A stretch of DNA of 64,000 nucleotides from Spirosoma fluviale (GCA_945866095.1 CAMBGA010000002.1:6734-70733); one strand, 5' to 3'. Numbered from the stretch's first letter, positions 10,119-22,726 are shown. A program made the numbers and translations. Notes: a model not told the origin generated them from the sequence alone.

Positions 10119-10700
10119 ATGCATAAAGAATTTGATCAGTTATGGATTTTGAATGATGAAGTTTCTAAGGACTTAACAATCATAAACAATGCGATAAAAG
10201 CAGCTGTTGTAGTGATTATTTTTAAAAACACACTTGGCAAAAGCGTCCTTTATTTGATTGAACGCAATACATATGATGGCCATCACAGTGGTCAAATGGC
10301 TTTTCCAGGTGGTAAAATGGATGATGTAGATGCCAATTTAAGTGAAACAGCTTTACGTGAAGTGCATGAAGAGATTGGAGTTATTTTAGAATCAGATCAA
10401 TTATTTCCATTAACACCACAATGGATTCATGTTTCAAACCATTGGGTTCAACCTTTTTATACAATTGTTTACGAAAAGCCAATTTTTACTTTAAATAAAA
10501 GAGAAATAAATTGTATTTTTGAAATACCAATATCAACGTTTAAAGATTCCAATACTTTAGCTTTTCATGAGTTAAATATTTTAGGAAATAAAGTGACTTC
10601 TCCTAAATATTGGAATGATGGTAAAGAAATTTGGGGAGCTACTGCGATTATTTTATACCAGTTGTTTTTAAGAAGTAATACTAAAATAAATTTAGATTAA
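10119..10700 (+). CDS. Nudix hydrolase, CoA pyrophosphatase-like
   Basis: HSGQMAFPGG, ETALREVHEEIG Nudix box, IWGATA. Confidence 0.85.
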   Translation: MHKEFDQLWILNDEVSKDLTIINNAIKAAVVVIIFKNTLGKSVLYLIERNTYDGHHSGQMAFPGGKMDDVDANLSETALREVHEEIGVILESDQLFPLTPQWIHVSNHWVQPFYTIVYEKPIFTLNKREINCIFEIPISTFKDSNTLAFHELNILGNKVTSPKYWNDGKEIWGATAIILYQLFLRSNTKINLD

Positions 10701-10703
10701 AAT

Positions 10704-13529
10704 ATGAATGATTCATTAGAAGGTGCTTTGCAGGAACAAATAGCGGTTGCGGGGATGTATGAAAATTGGTTCTTGGAATATGCTTCTTATGTTATTTTAG
10801 AAAGGGCAGTACCCGCTATAGAAGACGGATTAAAACCAGTTCAAAGACGAATTTTACACGCGTTAAATGAAATGGATGATGGTCGTTTTAATAAAGTAGC
10901 TAATGTTATTGGGCAAACTATGCAATATCATCCTCATGGGGATGCCTCCATTAATGATGCCATTGTTAATTTGGGCCAAAAAGAATTACTTTTTGATTGC
11001 CAAGGCAACTGGGGAGATGTTAGAACAGGGGATAGTGCAGCCGCGGCTAGATATATTGAGGTTCGTTTATCAAAATTTGCGAACGATGTAGTATTTAATA
11101 ATCAAACTACCCACTGGCAATTGTCATATGATGGTCGTAAAAAAGAACCGATCACATTGCCAATTAAATTTCCTTTATTATTAGCCCAAGGTGTGGAGGG
11201 GATTGCCGTTGGACTTGCGACAAAAATAATGCCTCATAATTTTTGTGAGTTATTGCAAGCTTCCATTGATTTATTGTCTAATAAGAAAGTCAACTTGTTT
11301 CCTGATTTTCTGACGGGGGGTATGATGGATGCAAGTTCATACAATGATGGATTGCGCGGAGGTAAAATTAGAATACGAGCCAGAATAGAAGAATTTGATA
11401 AAAAAACGTTACTTATAAAGGAGATTCCTTTTAGCACAACTACCACTTCTCTGATTGATTCAATCATCAAAGCAAATGATTCAGGAAAAATAAAAATTAA
11501 AAAGCTTATTGATAATACTGCGAAGGATGTCGAAATTCAGGTGCAGTTGGCCCCAGGAATATCTCCAGATGTCACCATTGACGCATTATATGCGTTCACT
11601 GATTGTGAAATATCAATTTCTCCAAATGCTTGTGTAATTATTGAAGATAAACCTCATTTTGTAGGTATAGCTGAAATTTTAAGAGTAAGCACGAATCAAA
11701 CTGTTGAGTTATTAAAAGAGGAATTAGAAATTAGAAAAAGCGAATTAATGGAAAAACTTCTATTTAGTTCACTAGAAAAAATATTTATTGAAAATCGGAT
11801 CTATCGGAAAATTGAAGAGTGTGAAACATTTGAGTTAGTTATATCAACTGTAGATGAAGGTTTGGATCCTTTTAAAAAGGATTTTTACAGAGAAATAACG
11901 GAGGAGGACATATTAAAATTATTAGAAATTCGAATTAAAAGGATTTCGAAATTTGATAGTTTTAAAGCTGATGAGTCCATGCGACGCTTAGAAGATGAAC
12001 TTAAAGAAGTGGAAGAGAATTTGGCTAACTTAATTAGGTATGCCATTGATTATTTTAAAAACTTATTGCAGAAATATGGCAAAGGGAAAGAACGCAAAAC
12101 TGAAATAACCAATTTTAATACTATTTCTGCCACTGTAGTGGCCGCAGCAAATCAAAAACTATATGTGAACATATTGGATGGTTTTATCGGATATGGTCTT
12201 AAAAAAGACGAATATGTGATGGATTGTTCTGATATAGATGATATCATTGTTATTCGATTGGATGGAACTTGTATCGTCACGAAAGTTCAAGAAAAGGTAT
12301 TCGTTGGCAAGGACATACTTTATTGTTCGGTATTTAAGAAAAATGATGATCGTAAAGTTTTTAACATTTGTTATGCAGATGGAAAAACAGGGATCACTTA
12401 TGTTAAACGCTTTAAAGTGACTTCGATAACGCGTGATAGAGAATATAAATTAGTTGGCAATCATGCTAAATCTAAGGTTACCTATTTTTCTGCCAATGAA
12501 AATGGTGAAGCGGAGATTGTACAAATTAGTTTAACGGCAAATTGCACAGCCAAAATAAAACAGTTTGATTATGATTTCGCAAAATTAGCCATAAAAGGAC
12601 GGGAGTCATTGGGTAACATGTTGACCAAATATCCTGTTAGAAAAATCATTCAAAAGTCAGCCGGTATATCTACATTAGGGGGCGTAGATATTTGGTACGA
12701 TCCAACGATAGGTAGGTTAAATAGAGATCAACATGGAAAACATATAGGTAATTTTGAACCAAGTGATTTTATTTTAGCGATTTATGCTAGTGGAAATTAT
12801 GAGCTTACAAATTTTGAATTAACGAATCGGTATCCTGCAGAGGAAATTTTATATTTAAAACGATTTAACAGCAAAAGCATCATTTCAGCTGTATATTTTG
12901 ATGGAAATAATAAATCTAGTTACATCAAACGATTTAAATTGGAAACGACTACCGTCGATAAAAAGTTTTTATTTATTTCTGATTCTAAAAATTCTAAGCT
13001 TCTAACGGTCACTGATAATTATTCACCTAATGTTCAAATAAAACATAAGTCTGATGGAAAATCTAATGAAACCAATATCATACCGATAGGAAGTATAGTT
13101 GATGTGAGAGGCTGGAAAGCCATAGGTAGTAAATTGAATTATTCAAAAATTGTTGATATTCAGTTTATCGAAACGGAAGAAAATGATTCTTTAGAGACTA
13201 CAGAGACTGAGGTAATAAATTATTTGTCAAATTTAGATACCAACAATGATTCTAAAGAAGTAGAAGTCGAAGAAGATAATGAACCAGCAGAAGAAATTCC
13301 AATGGAAATAATTAATAATGAATCTTTTACTATTGAGGTATCAGAGAAAAGCGACCCCATAGTCCTGGAGGAAGATGAAGTAGTTACCAATAATAGTAAA
13401 ATAGACGATATCCCATTTGAAATTAATACGGGTAACGATGAAACAGATGTTCCTATGACTATAAAATCAAAGACTGACGGAAATTATAATAGTGAACAAA
13501 ATGAAGGAGCTCAATTAGGCTTATTTTAA
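10704..13529 (+). CDS. parC: DNA topoisomerase IV subunit A (Bacteroidota type)
   Basis: DGLKPVQRRIL, YHPHGD, AAARY catalytic Tyr, GIAVGLAT; no recognisable GyrA box; N-terminal WFLEYASYVILERA typical of Bacteroidota ParC. Confidence 0.88.
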   Translation: MNDSLEGALQEQIAVAGMYENWFLEYASYVILERAVPAIEDGLKPVQRRILHALNEMDDGRFNKVANVIGQTMQYHPHGDASINDAIVNLGQKELLFDCQGNWGDVRTGDSAAAARYIEVRLSKFANDVVFNNQTTHWQLSYDGRKKEPITLPIKFPLLLAQGVEGIAVGLATKIMPHNFCELLQASIDLLSNKKVNLFPDFLTGGMMDASSYNDGLRGGKIRIRARIEEFDKKTLLIKEIPFSTTTTSLIDSIIKANDSGKIKIKKLIDNTAKDVEIQVQLAPGISPDVTIDALYAFTDCEISISPNACVIIEDKPHFVGIAEILRVSTNQTVELLKEELEIRKSELMEKLLFSSLEKIFIENRIYRKIEECETFELVISTVDEGLDPFKKDFYREITEEDILKLLEIRIKRISKFDSFKADESMRRLEDELKEVEENLANLIRYAIDYFKNLLQKYGKGKERKTEITNFNTISATVVAAANQKLYVNILDGFIGYGLKKDEYVMDCSDIDDIIVIRLDGTCIVTKVQEKVFVGKDILYCSVFKKNDDRKVFNICYADGKTGITYVKRFKVTSITRDREYKLVGNHAKSKVTYFSANENGEAEIVQISLTANCTAKIKQFDYDFAKLAIKGRESLGNMLTKYPVRKIIQKSAGISTLGGVDIWYDPTIGRLNRDQHGKHIGNFEPSDFILAIYASGNYELTNFELTNRYPAEEILYLKRFNSKSIISAVYFDGNNKSSYIKRFKLETTTVDKKFLFISDSKNSKLLTVTDNYSPNVQIKHKSDGKSNETNIIPIGSIVDVRGWKAIGSKLNYSKIVDIQFIETEENDSLETTETEVINYLSNLDTNNDSKEVEVEEDNEPAEEIPMEIINNESFTIEVSEKSDPIVLEEDEVVTNNSKIDDIPFEINTGNDETDVPMTIKSKTDGNYNSEQNEGAQLGLF

Positions 13530-14836
13530 TGAATAACTCACCAAGCAAAACAAAAGTTCAAAATGCATGGGCATTTTATGATTGGGCAAATTCTGTACAC
13601 TCGTTAACGATAACATCGGCAATATTCCCAATTTATTTTCCAATTGCTGCGGTCGTATTAGGCTCTATTACTCCTAATTTAATCCCGATATTTGGGAATC
13701 TTTTATTGCCTAACACAGTAGTTTATTCGTATACTATATCCTTTGCATTTTTAATTTTGGCTGTTTTAGTACCCATGGTAAGTGGGATAGCCGATTATTT
13801 AGGGAACAAAAAAGCCTTTATGCGTTTTTTTTGTTATTTGGGTTCATTGAGTTGCATAGCCTTATTTTTCTTTACTAAAGGAAGTTATTGGATTGGTACA
13901 TTAGGATTTTTGTTTTCAATTATCGGTTGGGGTGGAAGCATTGTATTTTATAATAGTTTTTTACCAGAAATAGCGACTAAAGACGAATATGATCAATTGA
14001 GCGCAAAAGGTTTTGCTTTGGGATATATTGGTAGTGTTATTTTATTATTACAAAATTTATCTATGTTGCTGTTGCCTAATTTATATGGCAACATATCAAG
14101 TGAATTAGCCAGTAGAATATCATTCTTATCTGTGGGAATATGGTGGTTAATATTTGCTCAAATACCCCTCCATTATTTACCGGACAATAATAAATCACTA
14201 AAATTAAATACTAGTTATTTAACAGGAGGATTTAAAGAATTAAAAAATGTATTTTTAAAAATACGCCGCATAACCTCAGTAAAATTATTTTTAATTTCCT
14301 TTTTTTTGTACAATCTTGGAGCTCAAACAGTTATGTATTTAGGGGCGCTATTTGGTAGTCAAGAATTGCATTTACCTACTGATGCTTTAATCATTACGAT
14401 TCTTCTAATTCAAATTGTAGCCATTCCTGGAGCATTTACTTGTTCGTTTATTTCTAAAAAATTAGGTAATGTATCAGCTCTCATCATAATTGTTTCTGTT
14501 TGGATTTTGATCTGTTGTTTTGCTTATTTTGTTTATGGCCAAGTGCAATTTTATGTTTTAGCGATATGCATTGGGTTTGTGATGGGAGGCATACAAAGTA
14601 ATAGTCGGTCTAGTTATGCCAAATTGTGTCCAAATGATGAAAAGGATTTAGCTTCTTTCTTTAGTTTTTATGATGTATGCGATCGATTAAGCACTGTTTT
14701 GGGTACTTTCTTGTTTGGTATGATTATTCAAATGACTGGGAATATGCGAATAGGCATATTATTTTTAACTATATTTTTCTCAGTTAGTCTGTTATTTTTA
14801 TATCGTTTGAATAAACTCAATAAATTAAATATTTAA
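13529..14836 (+). CDS. MFS transporter, UMF1/Atg22-like
   Basis: AWAFYDWANS, FYNSFLPEI, SRSSYAKL, many hydrophobic segments. Confidence 0.85.
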   Translation: MNNSPSKTKVQNAWAFYDWANSVHSLTITSAIFPIYFPIAAVVLGSITPNLIPIFGNLLLPNTVVYSYTISFAFLILAVLVPMVSGIADYLGNKKAFMRFFCYLGSLSCIALFFFTKGSYWIGTLGFLFSIIGWGGSIVFYNSFLPEIATKDEYDQLSAKGFALGYIGSVILLLQNLSMLLLPNLYGNISSELASRISFLSVGIWWLIFAQIPLHYLPDNNKSLKLNTSYLTGGFKELKNVFLKIRRITSVKLFLISFFLYNLGAQTVMYLGALFGSQELHLPTDALIITILLIQIVAIPGAFTCSFISKKLGNVSALIIIVSVWILICCFAYFVYGQVQFYVLAICIGFVMGGIQSNSRSSYAKLCPNDEKDLASFFSFYDVCDRLSTVLGTFLFGMIIQMTGNMRIGILFLTIFFSVSLLFLYRLNKLNKLNI

Positions 14837-15751
14837 TGGTATAACTGATTTGTTGTTGGATGAAATCCATTCTAAAGGAATTACAGATAATATTTCATCT
14901 CTCAATGCATTTATGATCCCTTTTCTATTATAATTCTCTAAATATATTAATGCTATTTCTCTGACAGGAGTGTTCAAAGGTATTTTAAATATTTTCTTTT
15001 TAGTTGAATCATTTACATAGTCTACCAACATATGAGGTATTATGGTTTGGCCTTTTCCATTTTCCGCTAACCTTAACATCGTTTCTAAACTTCCCGTTTT
15101 GTAAATAATTTGACTTTCAGAAACAGATTTGTTTCTTAAATTACAAATTGAGGCTATTTGATTACTTAAACAGTGTCCTTCCTCAAGAATCCATAATTTT
15201 TCTGGGATTATGGTTTGGACTATTTCTCCAGATTCTGAGTTTACATTTGAGAATAAGAATAATTCTTCGAAAAAAAGGGTCAAACTAGCTATTTCTTGAT
15301 TGGCTATTGGCACTAAAATCCCCATATCTAACTTGCCTTCATGAATTTCTTTGTATATATTATCAGTAGTTGTTTCAAATATATTAAGCTTTAGATTTGG
15401 GAAATTTGACTTAAAAGAAGATAAAAATTTCGGAATTAAATAGGGTGCTATTGTTGGTATAATACCTATAGACACATCTCCAACGACATCTTTATGATAC
15501 CCTTTGGCAAAAACCTGAATCGATTTTTTTTCTTGAATAATTTTTCTTGCTGCATTTATAACTTGTTGACCCTCTTTTGTTGGTATAATAGGTTTAATTT
15601 TTCTGTTAAATATGATTAGATTAAGTTCTTCTTCTAATTTTTGAATTTGCATACTTAAACTTGGTTGCGTTACACAGCAAAATTTAGCGGCTTTTGAAAA
15701 ACTTTGATATTCATGTAAAGCTACAATGTATTCTAATTGAGTGATAGTCAT
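14825..15751 (-). CDS. oxyR: Peroxide-sensing LysR regulator OxyR
   Basis: LysR HTH TQPSLSMQIQKLEEEL; GHCLSNQIASIC carries both redox cysteines (C-x8-C); divergent from katG. Confidence 0.88.
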   Translation of the reverse strand: MTITQLEYIVALHEYQSFSKAAKFCCVTQPSLSMQIQKLEEELNLIIFNRKIKPIIPTKEGQQVINAARKIIQEKKSIQVFAKGYHKDVVGDVSIGIIPTIAPYLIPKFLSSFKSNFPNLKLNIFETTTDNIYKEIHEGKLDMGILVPIANQEIASLTLFFEELFLFSNVNSESGEIVQTIIPEKLWILEEGHCLSNQIASICNLRNKSVSESQIIYKTGSLETMLRLAENGKGQTIIPHMLVDYVNDSTKKKIFKIPLNTPVREIALIYLENYNRKGIINALRDEILSVIPLEWISSNNKSVIPLNI

Positions 15752-15755
15752 TACT

Positions 15756-15800
15756 ATAAGATTTGGTTATACTAATATAATAAATATAGATTTGATTTAT
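15756..15800. promoter_or_regulatory. Candidate OxyR operator
   Basis: ATAA-N7-TTAT (15756-15770) and ATAG-N7-TTAT (15786-15800) resemble ATAG-N7-CTAT; region is very AT-rich. Confidence 0.45.
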
Positions 15801-15849
15801 ATATATATTGTTGTGATATTTGATTTCAATTGTTAAAAAAATACTTTGA

Positions 15850-18090
<2,241 letters not shown>

Positions 18091-18106
18091 ATATAAAATT
18101 TATTTT

Positions 18107-18141
18107 AAGGCTCTATTTAGTTTTTTACTGAATAGAGCCTT
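18107..18141. terminator. Intrinsic terminator after katG, probably shared with the convergent operon
   Basis: AAGGCTCTATTTAG-N7-CTGAATAGAGCCTT followed by T run. Confidence 0.8.
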
Positions 18142-18143
18142 TT

Positions 18144-18893
18144 TTATTTTAGTATTTGTGTAATATATTGATTTAGGTTTACCCTAAATAATATTAATTC
18201 TTTCAAACTTTGCCAACAAACTTTCAGTAGTTTCATATGCCTTATTGAAACTTCTCCAGTTTCTCTTTCCTTGTGAATGACCGGTATATTAAATAGTTTT
18301 TGATTTGTTTTTTTAGCTAATACAGATAAAAATATGTTAGGTGCAAAAGGGATTGGGTTTGGCAAAACAGATAGCAATTTTCTTAAAAAAGATGTTTTAT
18401 ATAACCTAAAAGGAATATTTGCATCATTTATATATGTCCCATAGATTAGCAATAAAGAGAACTTTAATATTTTAGTGATTAATAGCCTAAATGGATCATC
18501 ATGCCGTATTTGCCTAAATCCTAATATGAAATCTGATTGTTCTTTTAAATTCCAAAAATGCTTAAAATCCGCTGGTATAAATTGGTCATCTGAATCTGTT
18601 TGAAAAATATAATCCGGATCCATTTCAACAGCAAATTTATACCCGTTGACAACTGCATTACCATGACCTCCATTAAGTTGATGCTTAGCTATTAAATATT
18701 TATTCGTGGCTGCAATTTGATCTAATATTATGCCTGTATTATCTTTTGATCCATCATTAATGACCAATATTTTAAAATTTTCATTTTTTAAAACATCCGA
18801 AATCCCTTGCGTCCATAGTTCTATCACATTTTCAATACAAGCTTCCTCATTATAGGCAGGAATTACAATCACTAAATCCAATTTATTGAGCAT
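18144..18893 (-). CDS. Glycosyltransferase family 2 (DPM1/GtrB-like)
   Basis: VIPAYNEE, INDGSKD, NGGHG, QTDSDDQF DxD motif. Confidence 0.88.
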   Translation of the reverse strand: MLNKLDLVIVIPAYNEEACIENVIELWTQGISDVLKNENFKILVINDGSKDNTGIILDQIAATNKYLIAKHQLNGGHGNAVVNGYKFAVEMDPDYIFQTDSDDQFIPADFKHFWNLKEQSDFILGFRQIRHDDPFRLLITKILKFSLLLIYGTYINDANIPFRLYKTSFLRKLLSVLPNPIPFAPNIFLSVLAKKTNQKLFNIPVIHKERETGEVSIRHMKLLKVCWQSLKELILFRVNLNQYITQILK

Positions 18894-20017
18894 TATAATC
18901 TGTTTTTATATTTGTTTATTGGCTTTTCAATGTAGAACCAAGAAAAACTTGCAATGCCAATTAATAATAAAAAATTAATTGAAAATTTAATTAGGATTAA
19001 TTCGGCGTTTAATGAGTTTAAAAAGGTTAAATTAATTGATAGGAAACCCCATATGGTGTTTCCATTTAAGTGATAGTAATTAAATACAAAATTATGGTAC
19101 AAATAAATACCGTAAGAAATAGTTCCCAAGTATACGATAACCCTATTTTCTAGCAATAGACCCCAATAATTATTTTTTTCCATTAAAGCGGTCATAATTA
19201 AATAATATGCAAATAAGGCTGATATTGATCTTTCAAAAATACTAAACCAAACGTTATCATACGTGTATTTTGAATAATTCGATAAAATTAATATGATCAC
19301 TACAGCCATCATGGAAATAGTCAACAAATATTTCTTTTGGGCTATTTTTAAAAAATAGGTATGATCATAATGATAATAATAAGCAATTAAACCTCCTAGC
19401 CCAAAGCAATCAATAGCACTAATGGGATTCACATAAGAAAACATCCAGTATCTTTCTATAATGTCATGCGGCATACTAACATAGAATATTAGTCGAGAAA
19501 AAATACCAAGACCAATCATGATTGCGAATAAACGCAGATAGTTTTTCTTATTTAAAAATAATATAAAGTATGGAAAGATTAAATAATACTGTTCTTCTAC
19601 AGCTAAGGACCACAAATGGTCCCAAGTACCTAGCCATTGCCCTTTAATCATGATGTATATATTAGGAGTGTAGCTTAATAACCATGGCCACAATTCCTTA
19701 AAATTTGATATATTAAATATTAGGCCAATGAATAACAAAATAAAATAAATAGGAAATATTCGTAAAGATCTACGATAGATAAATCGGAAAATTTTAGGCC
19801 ATGCACTAGATTTTGTTCGATGAATTTCGTCAGCATTTAAAAATAGAATTCGTGTAATTAAAAAGCCGCTTAAAACAAAAAATATAACCACACCGAGATG
19901 ACCTAATGGGATGGGTAATATGGGAACAAGCCAATGATCTAACAAGACTAAAAATACGGCTATAAACCGAATCCCATTTAGTTGTTTGAAATATACATCA
20001 GTAGATAATTTTGTCAT
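18893..20017 (-). CDS. Membrane acyltransferase family 3 (OafA-like)
   Basis: LNGIRFIA, GVVIFFVLSGFLIT, RRSLRIFP, HLWSLAVEEQYY, SYGIYLYH. Confidence 0.9.
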   Translation of the reverse strand: MTKLSTDVYFKQLNGIRFIAVFLVLLDHWLVPILPIPLGHLGVVIFFVLSGFLITRILFLNADEIHRTKSSAWPKIFRFIYRRSLRIFPIYFILLFIGLIFNISNFKELWPWLLSYTPNIYIMIKGQWLGTWDHLWSLAVEEQYYLIFPYFILFLNKKNYLRLFAIMIGLGIFSRLIFYVSMPHDIIERYWMFSYVNPISAIDCFGLGGLIAYYYHYDHTYFLKIAQKKYLLTISMMAVVIILILSNYSKYTYDNVWFSIFERSISALFAYYLIMTALMEKNNYWGLLLENRVIVYLGTISYGIYLYHNFVFNYYHLNGNTIWGFLSINLTFLNSLNAELILIKFSINFLLLIGIASFSWFYIEKPINKYKNRL

Positions 20018-22044
20018 TATAGGGCAAACAAAGTGAATTCTACTCTTCTATTTAATTTACGTCTATTTTCTGTCATATTGCTCTTTAAAGGTTTTATTCC
20101 ACCCCAACCTTTAATTTGTATCCTACCTTTCGAAATTCCTTTCATCACTAAATAATCTCGTACACTCTCCACTCGGTTTAATGACAACTTTAAGTTTTCA
20201 TTCCAATCCCCTTGATTGTCTGTATGACCTTCCAATAAAATTCCATAATCAACATTTTCCTTTAAAATATTGACTATATTATTTAATTCATCAAAGCTAT
20301 CTGGTAAAAGTTCGAATTTACTTTGTTCAAAATTTATGATAGGCAAATTATATTGCTTATCTAACCGCAAAGGTAATAGATTAAAATTTTTATTTATGGA
20401 TTTGTAGGAAGCCTCCTTGGTAAAATTAAAACGTTCTACTTTTGAAATAAATCCTTTAGATTTCACTTCCACCGTAAATGGAAATTTAGTAGGCCACATA
20501 AACTCAAAATCACCATTATATGGATCAAACTCTAAATACAAAGAATCTTTTGTTGAAAGAGATTTCACAAGTATTTTACCTTCAATAATTTCTTTTGTTT
20601 CATCGTTATATATATTTCCCGAAAACTGAATTAAAGTCAAAGGTTTTATTTTAGGAGGTATTTTTATTCGGTATATATCTTCGGCGCCAATTGAATTTTC
20701 AACAGAACTAAAATAGGCATAATCGCCTTGTGCTGCGACTGAAAAGTAACCATCCCATTGTGGAGTATTTATTATAGGACCAAGGTTCTCAGGGGTGGAC
20801 CAATTCACCCAACTATCATCCAATCGTCTACTAAGAAATATGTCATTACTCCCATAGCCAACATGCCCACTAGAAGAAAAATACATCGTAACACCATCAG
20901 GGGCAATAAAAGGTGTGCTTTCTGACTCTCCTGTATTTACTTTATTCCCTATATTTTTGGGTTCAGACCATTTATCATCCGTGCGAAGAAAAGAAACATA
21001 AATATCCTTACCACCATACGAATCTTTCATTTCGGTTGTCATTAGTAGTACTTTCCCATTGGGCGCAAGTGTATATTCAGAGAACTCTGATTTATTTTTG
21101 AAATTAAGAATCTGCAGTGGTTTTGGAAAGCTAAAATCACCTGTTCTTAGTAAATAAGAAACCGAAACTCCCTTTTCCATTTTCCCATCTTTCCCATAAA
21201 CATTGTTCAATAAGATCGTTTTGCCATTTAATGAAATACCACAAACAGCATTATTTTCTTCGTTGTTGATAGGTCGACTAAATAACTCAGCTTTACTCCA
21301 AGATTTATCATCTTTCAATTTTGAAAACCAAATATCTTGATTTTTATCTTTGCCAAGGTTGTCAGGATGTTTCCAACGAGTAAAATATAATTTTTTACCA
21401 TCTGGGCTAACTACAGGGCAAATTTCATTGTGAACAGAATTTATGGCAGACCCCATATTTTCTTTGAAATAAGTAGCATTAGGCTCATCCTGTAATTTTA
21501 TGCTTTCTTCAATAGGAATGTCAGATTCCGATATGGCTATCGCGTCAATTTGAGAAAACCCATTAACTCTATTCGAATTGAGAGCTATTTTTATAGCTCT
21601 AACTTTAAATGATGTTAGTTTAGCCAAATTAACATAAGTGATTTGTCCATTACTTTTTGCATAACCATTCGCTAATTCCTTTAGCGTATAGATTTTGTTA
21701 TTCTCATCTAAAGCGTCAATTTTCACTATACTACCCGCACCGAAATTCTCAAAAATAGCTACTTGTTTGACATTTTGAATCGTATCAAAACTAACGATAA
21801 TGTATTCACCCGAGGGGTTATCTGGAGTTAATGATTGCCATGAACTAGGACTATTTGTAAACTTAGGAAATTTACTAGGCCTTCCAAGGGCATGAATTGC
21901 CTTATATTCATTGCCCAATAAGGGATCTGAATACTCACTTGACACTGAAATTATTTTAGAAGCCCATTGTATTTTTTGAGCAGAACTTTGAAATTCTAAG
22001 AACAAGCAAAAAAATAATAAGAGTATTATTTTTGAAAATTTCAT
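20017..22044 (-). CDS. OmpA-family peptidoglycan-binding protein with PD40 beta-propeller (PorE-like architecture)
   Basis: Signal peptide; SPDGKKLYF and APDGVTMYFSS repeats; C-terminal EGHTDNQG...LSLNR...NRRVEF OmpA domain. Confidence 0.85.
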   Translation of the reverse strand: MKFSKIILLLFFCLFLEFQSSAQKIQWASKIISVSSEYSDPLLGNEYKAIHALGRPSKFPKFTNSPSSWQSLTPDNPSGEYIIVSFDTIQNVKQVAIFENFGAGSIVKIDALDENNKIYTLKELANGYAKSNGQITYVNLAKLTSFKVRAIKIALNSNRVNGFSQIDAIAISESDIPIEESIKLQDEPNATYFKENMGSAINSVHNEICPVVSPDGKKLYFTRWKHPDNLGKDKNQDIWFSKLKDDKSWSKAELFSRPINNEENNAVCGISLNGKTILLNNVYGKDGKMEKGVSVSYLLRTGDFSFPKPLQILNFKNKSEFSEYTLAPNGKVLLMTTEMKDSYGGKDIYVSFLRTDDKWSEPKNIGNKVNTGESESTPFIAPDGVTMYFSSSGHVGYGSNDIFLSRRLDDSWVNWSTPENLGPIINTPQWDGYFSVAAQGDYAYFSSVENSIGAEDIYRIKIPPKIKPLTLIQFSGNIYNDETKEIIEGKILVKSLSTKDSLYLEFDPYNGDFEFMWPTKFPFTVEVKSKGFISKVERFNFTKEASYKSINKNFNLLPLRLDKQYNLPIINFEQSKFELLPDSFDELNNIVNILKENVDYGILLEGHTDNQGDWNENLKLSLNRVESVRDYLVMKGISKGRIQIKGWGGIKPLKSNMTENRRKLNRRVEFTLFAL

Positions 22045-22051
22045 CTATCCC

Positions 22052-22714
22052 TTATTCACCAAGTTTCAACAAATCAGAAATAGTCAATTTTGGGGTTTTC
22101 GAATTAAAAACAAAATTACCGGCTACTAATACATTTGCTCCAGCAGCAATTAAATCTTTAGCGTTTGTAATAGACACACCACCGTCAATTTCTATTTTCA
22201 AATTCATATTTCCACATTTATTAGCTAATGCTTTGACATCCTTCGTCTTCTGAATGCTATTAGGTATAAATGTTTGACCACCAAATCCCGGATTAACTGA
22301 CATAATTAATACTAAATCAACTAATTGAATAATCTCATTTAAAACCGTCATGGGCGTCCCGGGATTAATAGCTACGCCAACTTGACAGCCTAATGATTTA
22401 ATTTCTTGAATGGTACGATGAATGTGAGTGCAGGCTTCAAAATGAACCGTAATTAAATTTGCTCCCGCATGTTTAAATTGGGTTAAATACCTTTCAGGTT
22501 TTTCGATCATTAAATGAACATCTAAAAACTTGGTTGATATTTTATTTATCGCTTCTAACACAGGAAATCCAAACGATATGTTGGGTACAAACATTCCATC
22601 CATAATATCAATGTGAATCCATTTTGCATCAGATTCATTTAACATTTGTATTTCAGAACCTAAATTTGCAAAATCAGCAGATAATACAGAAGGCGCTATG
22701 ATCAGATTTTCCAT
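22052..22714 (-). CDS. rpe: Ribulose-phosphate 3-epimerase
   Basis: IAPSVLSADF, HIDIMDG, DVHLM, MSVNPGFGGQ, EIDGG. Confidence 0.97.
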   Translation of the reverse strand: MENLIIAPSVLSADFANLGSEIQMLNESDAKWIHIDIMDGMFVPNISFGFPVLEAINKISTKFLDVHLMIEKPERYLTQFKHAGANLITVHFEACTHIHRTIQEIKSLGCQVGVAINPGTPMTVLNEIIQLVDLVLIMSVNPGFGGQTFIPNSIQKTKDVKALANKCGNMNLKIEIDGGVSITNAKDLIAAGANVLVAGNFVFNSKTPKLTISDLLKLGE

Positions 22715-22718
22715 ATTA

Positions 22719-22726
22719 CAAAGGTA
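22719..22726 (-). promoter_or_regulatory. -7 promoter box of rpe operon
   Basis: Minus strand reads TACCTTTG-TAAT-ATG. Confidence 0.6.
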
